The notes under the pieces were generated by a model. The model searched no databases and was not told where the DNA came from. It saw only the letters and a list, made by a program, of their open reading frames with translations. From the NCBI GenBank assembly GCA_963663235.2, contig CAXXNO010000012.1, positions 407,333 through 471,332 of the forward strand: a stretch of DNA of 64,000 bases, written 5' to 3'. Origin of the DNA: Dehalococcoidia bacterium. GTDB lineage: Bacteria; Chloroflexota; Dehalococcoidia; Bin125. Position numbers and translations under genes: made by a program. Positions 60,557 to 64,000 of the stretch are shown one piece after another; position 1 is the stretch's first letter, and each line of letters opens with the position of its first letter.

Positions 60557-62605
60557 TCAGCGCGGGAAGGCCGCGGGCACGCCGCCATCGACGGTCAGCG
60601 TGCAGCCCGTGATCTTGGCGGCGGCATCCGAGATGAGAAAGGCGACCGCGTCCGCCACATCCTCCGGGCTGATGGGCAGGCCCAGCAGGTTGCGCTTGGC
60701 ATAGAACGCCTCGAGCGCATCTTCCGAGACGCCGTGGGCTTGCGCGCGACCCCGACGCACCTCCGGCGACCACAGGCGTGAGCCGCCGAAGACGGCGTCC
60801 GGGTTGACCATGTTCACGCGGATGCCGGCATCGCCGCTTTCGAGGGCGAGCACCTTGGCGAGTTGCGTCTCGGCCGCCTTGGCGGCGCTGTAGGCGCCGA
60901 AGTCGCCGCCGGGGGCGAAGGCGTTCTTGGAGGAGATGAAGACGACGCTCCCACCACGTCCCTGCCGGCGGAGGAGGCGCGCGGCGGCGCGCGCCGCGAG
61001 GAAGTGGCCTCTGGCGTTCACGGCGAAGCTGCGCTCCCAATCGGCCAGCGAGAGCGCGTCGATGCGAGAGACCACCGCGACCCCGGCGTTGGAGACGAGG
61101 ATATCCAGGCCGCCGTACTCCACCGCGAGAGCGGTCAGGCCTTCCTGGACCGAGCGCTCCTCGGTGACGTCCATAGCGATGGCCATGGCGGCGCGGGGGT
61201 GGGGCGCGCGATCCGAGATGGCGGCCGCGACCGCCTGCGCGCCCTCGGCATCGACATCGGCCACACCGACAACGGCACCGTCGCCGGCGAGCCGCTCCGC
61301 GATGGCGCGGCCGATGCCGCCGGCCGCGCCGGTGACGAGCGCGATCTTGCCCTGGAGCGGCCGCGGCGGGGGCGCAAGCGTCAGCTTGTAGAGTTCCAGC
61401 GGCCAGTACTCGACGTCGAACAGGTCCGGCTCGGCGACGGGACGGTAATCGCCGACGGCGGTGGCATTGGCTTGCACCACGATGGTCCGGCGATAGACGT
61501 CTTGGGCGATGCGAGCGTCCTTCGTGCCGCGCGCGGCGGAGAACGCGCCCAGTCCGGGTACCAGGATGACGCGCGGATATGGATCCAGGCGGGGCGTGTC
61601 GGGAGCCGCGTAGCGGTCCACGTACTCCTCATAGCGCTGCGCGTAGAGGGCGACGGCATCGCGCACGTGTTGGTCAAGGGCGTCGGCGTCGGCGTCGGCG
61701 TGCGGGGGAAGGTCCACGAAGGCGGGCCAGCCCTTGGTGCGCAAGGCGTGATCGGGCGTCGCGGGGCCGCGCTGGGTCACCGTCGCCGCGAGCGGATCGG
61801 CGAGGAAGGCGAGCATCTCAGGCGAGCCGTCGTGGTCGATCACGACAGGGAAAGGGATGGCGCCGCGAATGGCGACGGCCGCGCGGGCGACGCGCTCGGG
61901 GTCGGGGGATGGTGGGGCCACCGCGGCGAAGTGTCGCGCGTCGGCGCGCGCCTCGGCGATGAACTGCTCCGCCTCCGTCACGAGGGCGATGGTGCGCTCG
62001 TAGGACGCGCGGGCGTCGTCGTCGAAGGTGAGGAGGCCGTGGTTGACGAAGGCCACGCCCTGGGCGGAGGGGTCCGCCTCCCAGGCCTGCGCCACCGCGC
62101 GCGAGAGGGCGAAGCCGGGCCGGACCCAAGGAACCACCGCCAAGCGATTGCCGAACAGGCGCCGAAGCGTGGCGGGTCCGTCGGGCTGATTGGTGAGGGC
62201 CACGATGGCATCGGCGTGGGTGTGATCGACAAAGCGGTGGGGTAGGAAGCCGTGCAGCAGCGTCTCGATGGAGGGGCGGGGGTCATCGGGATCGAAGAGG
62301 GCATGAGCGAGGTAGGCGACCATCTCGTCGTCGGACATCGAGGGCACATCGCGGAGGCGGCGGACATCGGCGAGGCGGACGCCGGCGAAGTGGCGGCGCT
62401 CGATGGTCTTGAGGTCGGAGCCGCTGCCTTTGACGCGGAGGACATCCACCCGATCGCCGCGGTAGTCGGTCTGGGTGAGTTTGACGGAGGTATTGCCGCC
62501 GCCCCAGAGAACGAGCGATTCCTCAGCGCCGATGAGACGGGAGGTGTAGACGCGGAGATCGAGGAGGTCGGTGGGGGCGTCGGCGTGGGACCAGCGGGAG
62601 CGCAT
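60557..62605 (-). CDS. Bifunctional rhamnulose-1-phosphate aldolase / short-chain dehydrogenase (RhaEW/YuxG-like)
   Basis: GGGNTSVK, KGSGSDL, SIETLLH, HTH, TPDH, EYWPLE; SDR TGAAGGIG, YSAAK, VNPDAV. Confidence 0.92.
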   Translation of the reverse strand: MRSRWSHADAPTDLLDLRVYTSRLIGAEESLVLWGGGNTSVKLTQTDYRGDRVDVLRVKGSGSDLKTIERRHFAGVRLADVRRLRDVPSMSDDEMVAYLAHALFDPDDPRPSIETLLHGFLPHRFVDHTHADAIVALTNQPDGPATLRRLFGNRLAVVPWVRPGFALSRAVAQAWEADPSAQGVAFVNHGLLTFDDDARASYERTIALVTEAEQFIAEARADARHFAAVAPPSPDPERVARAAVAIRGAIPFPVVIDHDGSPEMLAFLADPLAATVTQRGPATPDHALRTKGWPAFVDLPPHADADADALDQHVRDAVALYAQRYEEYVDRYAAPDTPRLDPYPRVILVPGLGAFSAARGTKDARIAQDVYRRTIVVQANATAVGDYRPVAEPDLFDVEYWPLELYKLTLAPPPRPLQGKIALVTGAAGGIGRAIAERLAGDGAVVGVADVDAEGAQAVAAAISDRAPHPRAAMAIAMDVTEERSVQEGLTALAVEYGGLDILVSNAGVAVVSRIDALSLADWERSFAVNARGHFLAARAAARLLRRQGRGGSVVFISSKNAFAPGGDFGAYSAAKAAETQLAKVLALESGDAGIRVNMVNPDAVFGGSRLWSPEVRRGRAQAHGVSEDALEAFYAKRNLLGLPISPEDVADAVAFLISDAAAKITGCTLTVDGGVPAAFPR

Positions 62606-62654
62606 GGGCGCATGGTAGCGAGCGCGCCGCGGCGCGGCGCACGGCGGCATCGAG

Positions 62655-63232
62655 CGGTGGCGCCTGCTGATCGTTGACGATGCCTTCGAGTTGCTGGGCC
62701 TGCCGCTCGCCGACGGGTGAGTTGCGGGGCACTTTTCTGTCACCCCCTTCGCGCCGCTCACCAGATGGGAAGGCGGCCAGCCGTGCGCCGCCAGCGGCCA
62801 GGGGGCGACAGAAAGGGACGCCGGTCGAGCGGGCCTGGACAGGCCTCGGTCAGGCCGGCGGCAGGCGGCGGCCAGGGGTCGGACAGGCGGGGTGGCGGCG
62901 CGGGGGGCAGTGGGGGCCGATGGTTGCTGGGATGGGGGAAGCAGACAGCGGCGCACGCATCCACAGGGAAGTGCGAAACGCCGCATCCCCCGCATCTCGC
63001 CGCGGCGGCCGCCGCCGCACGGCTACACCGAGAGCCTCTACGCGACCCGCCAGTCGATTGAGCGGTGCTTCTCTCGGTTGAAGGGCCATTGGACGCCGAT
63101 ACCCATTGTCGGCGCGGGCTGCGGAGAGTGCGGCTGCATGTGCTGATGTCGGTGCTGGCCCTGCAAGCGGGGGCGGTGGTGGCCCTCGACCGGGGTGAGA
63201 ACGTGCGTGCCTGCACCCGCAAGGTGGCCTGA
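62655..63232 (+). mobile_element. Highly degenerate DDE transposase remnant (IS4/IS5-like)
   Basis: LYATRQSIERCFSRLKG, then in another frame HCRRGLRRVRLHVLMSVL...VRACTRKVA*; upstream part fragmented. Confidence 0.6.
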
Positions 63233-63276
63233 CTCATTCCCGCTCCAGATGACTGAGCGGGCGTAGGAGGAGCTCA

Positions 63277-63539
63277 TCACGAACGAGGCTCCCCTTCATC
63301 CTCCGTCGCAGGGTCAGCCTCAAACGCAACCTCGCGCGCTCCCCCCGAAGGAACCTGCACGGGATTGACTCCGATGCGGATCAGGCCGCTCCACGCCTTG
63401 CAGCACCGCAATTTGACAGTGAGAGGGATTCGGTCGCCTTTCTTCTTTCGCACGTCAGGGAACCGCAACCCGGTAGTCCGTTGGGGGGTATATGAAGAGC
63501 CTCCATCGGCCTTCAGGTCAGTAATCTGAATGATGCTGC
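63277..63539 (-). pseudogene. 3' fragment of an unknown lower-GC gene interrupted by IS
   Basis: Open frame from the IS junction to TGA 63277; visibly more AT-rich than its neighbours. Confidence 0.4.
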
Positions 63540-64000
63540 TGACCTGCCCCCCCAGAACCGGTCCAGATCCTGTGCGAGGATTCGGGCCGGTGCGAAGGGA
63601 GTCGGCATGGCACGCAAGCGGTACGCGGCCGAGGAGATCATCGGCCACCTGCGGGAGGCGGAGGGGGTGCTCGCGCCGGGGGAATCGGTCGCGCCGGTCG
63701 CGCGCCGCCTCGGCGTGGCCGAGCCAACGTATTACCGCTGGCGGCGGGAGGACGGGGGGCTGCGGGTCGACCCGGCCAAGCGGCTGAAAGAACGGGAGCG
63801 CGAGAACAGTCGGCTGAAGCGGGTGGTGGCCGATCAGGCGCGGGCCAACGCGATGGTGCGGGACGTCGCAGCGGGAAACTTCTGAGCCCGGCCAAGCGGC
63901 GCCGGGCGACATCCTACCGCACGGACCCGTACGCGGTGTCGGAGCGGCGGGCCGGCCCGGTCACCGGCCAGGCGCGGGCGACCCAGCGCGACGTGCCCCG
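63540..64000 (+). mobile_element. Second copy of the IS3-family element (partial, window edge)
   Basis: Same IRL TGACCTGCCCCC; matches 46899-47359 apart from 4 substitutions; orfA at 63607-63885. Confidence 0.95.

Overview
High-GC bacterial window, most consistent with Chloroflexota (Dehalococcoidia / SAR202-like). This is an inference from gene content: DUF6391-type protein, T-box, luciferase-like monooxygenase and hydantoinase paralog expansions, class F sortases, thrC-NIL. Left to right: an aromatic amino-acid block on the minus strand (tyrA-aroA-remA-gmk, then a Trp T-box leader driving trpE-CMD-trpG-CMD); secreted proteins and tRNA-Arg(UCU); a paralog-rich catabolic region (2x hydantoinase B, 4x LLM, amidase with small partner, hydrolases, ADH); a c-di-AMP (ydaO) riboswitch with no gene behind it; a ~12 kb putative c-di-GMP-controlled polysaccharide operon (multi-MshEN processive GT2, BcsB-like protein, degenerate GGDEF receptor, GT-C proteins, SMR flippase, decaprenyl-phosphoribose synthase) cut at its 5' end by an IS3-family element; two tandem class F sortases with a secreted metalloprotease; thrC-NIL; a rhamnulose-P aldolase/SDR fusion; and IS remnants. 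The two IS3 copies show a strongly one-directional A:T->C:G substitution pattern. Six genes are split by single-base indels in short homopolymers, probably sequencing error. All calls come from reading motifs by eye; no database searches were run.
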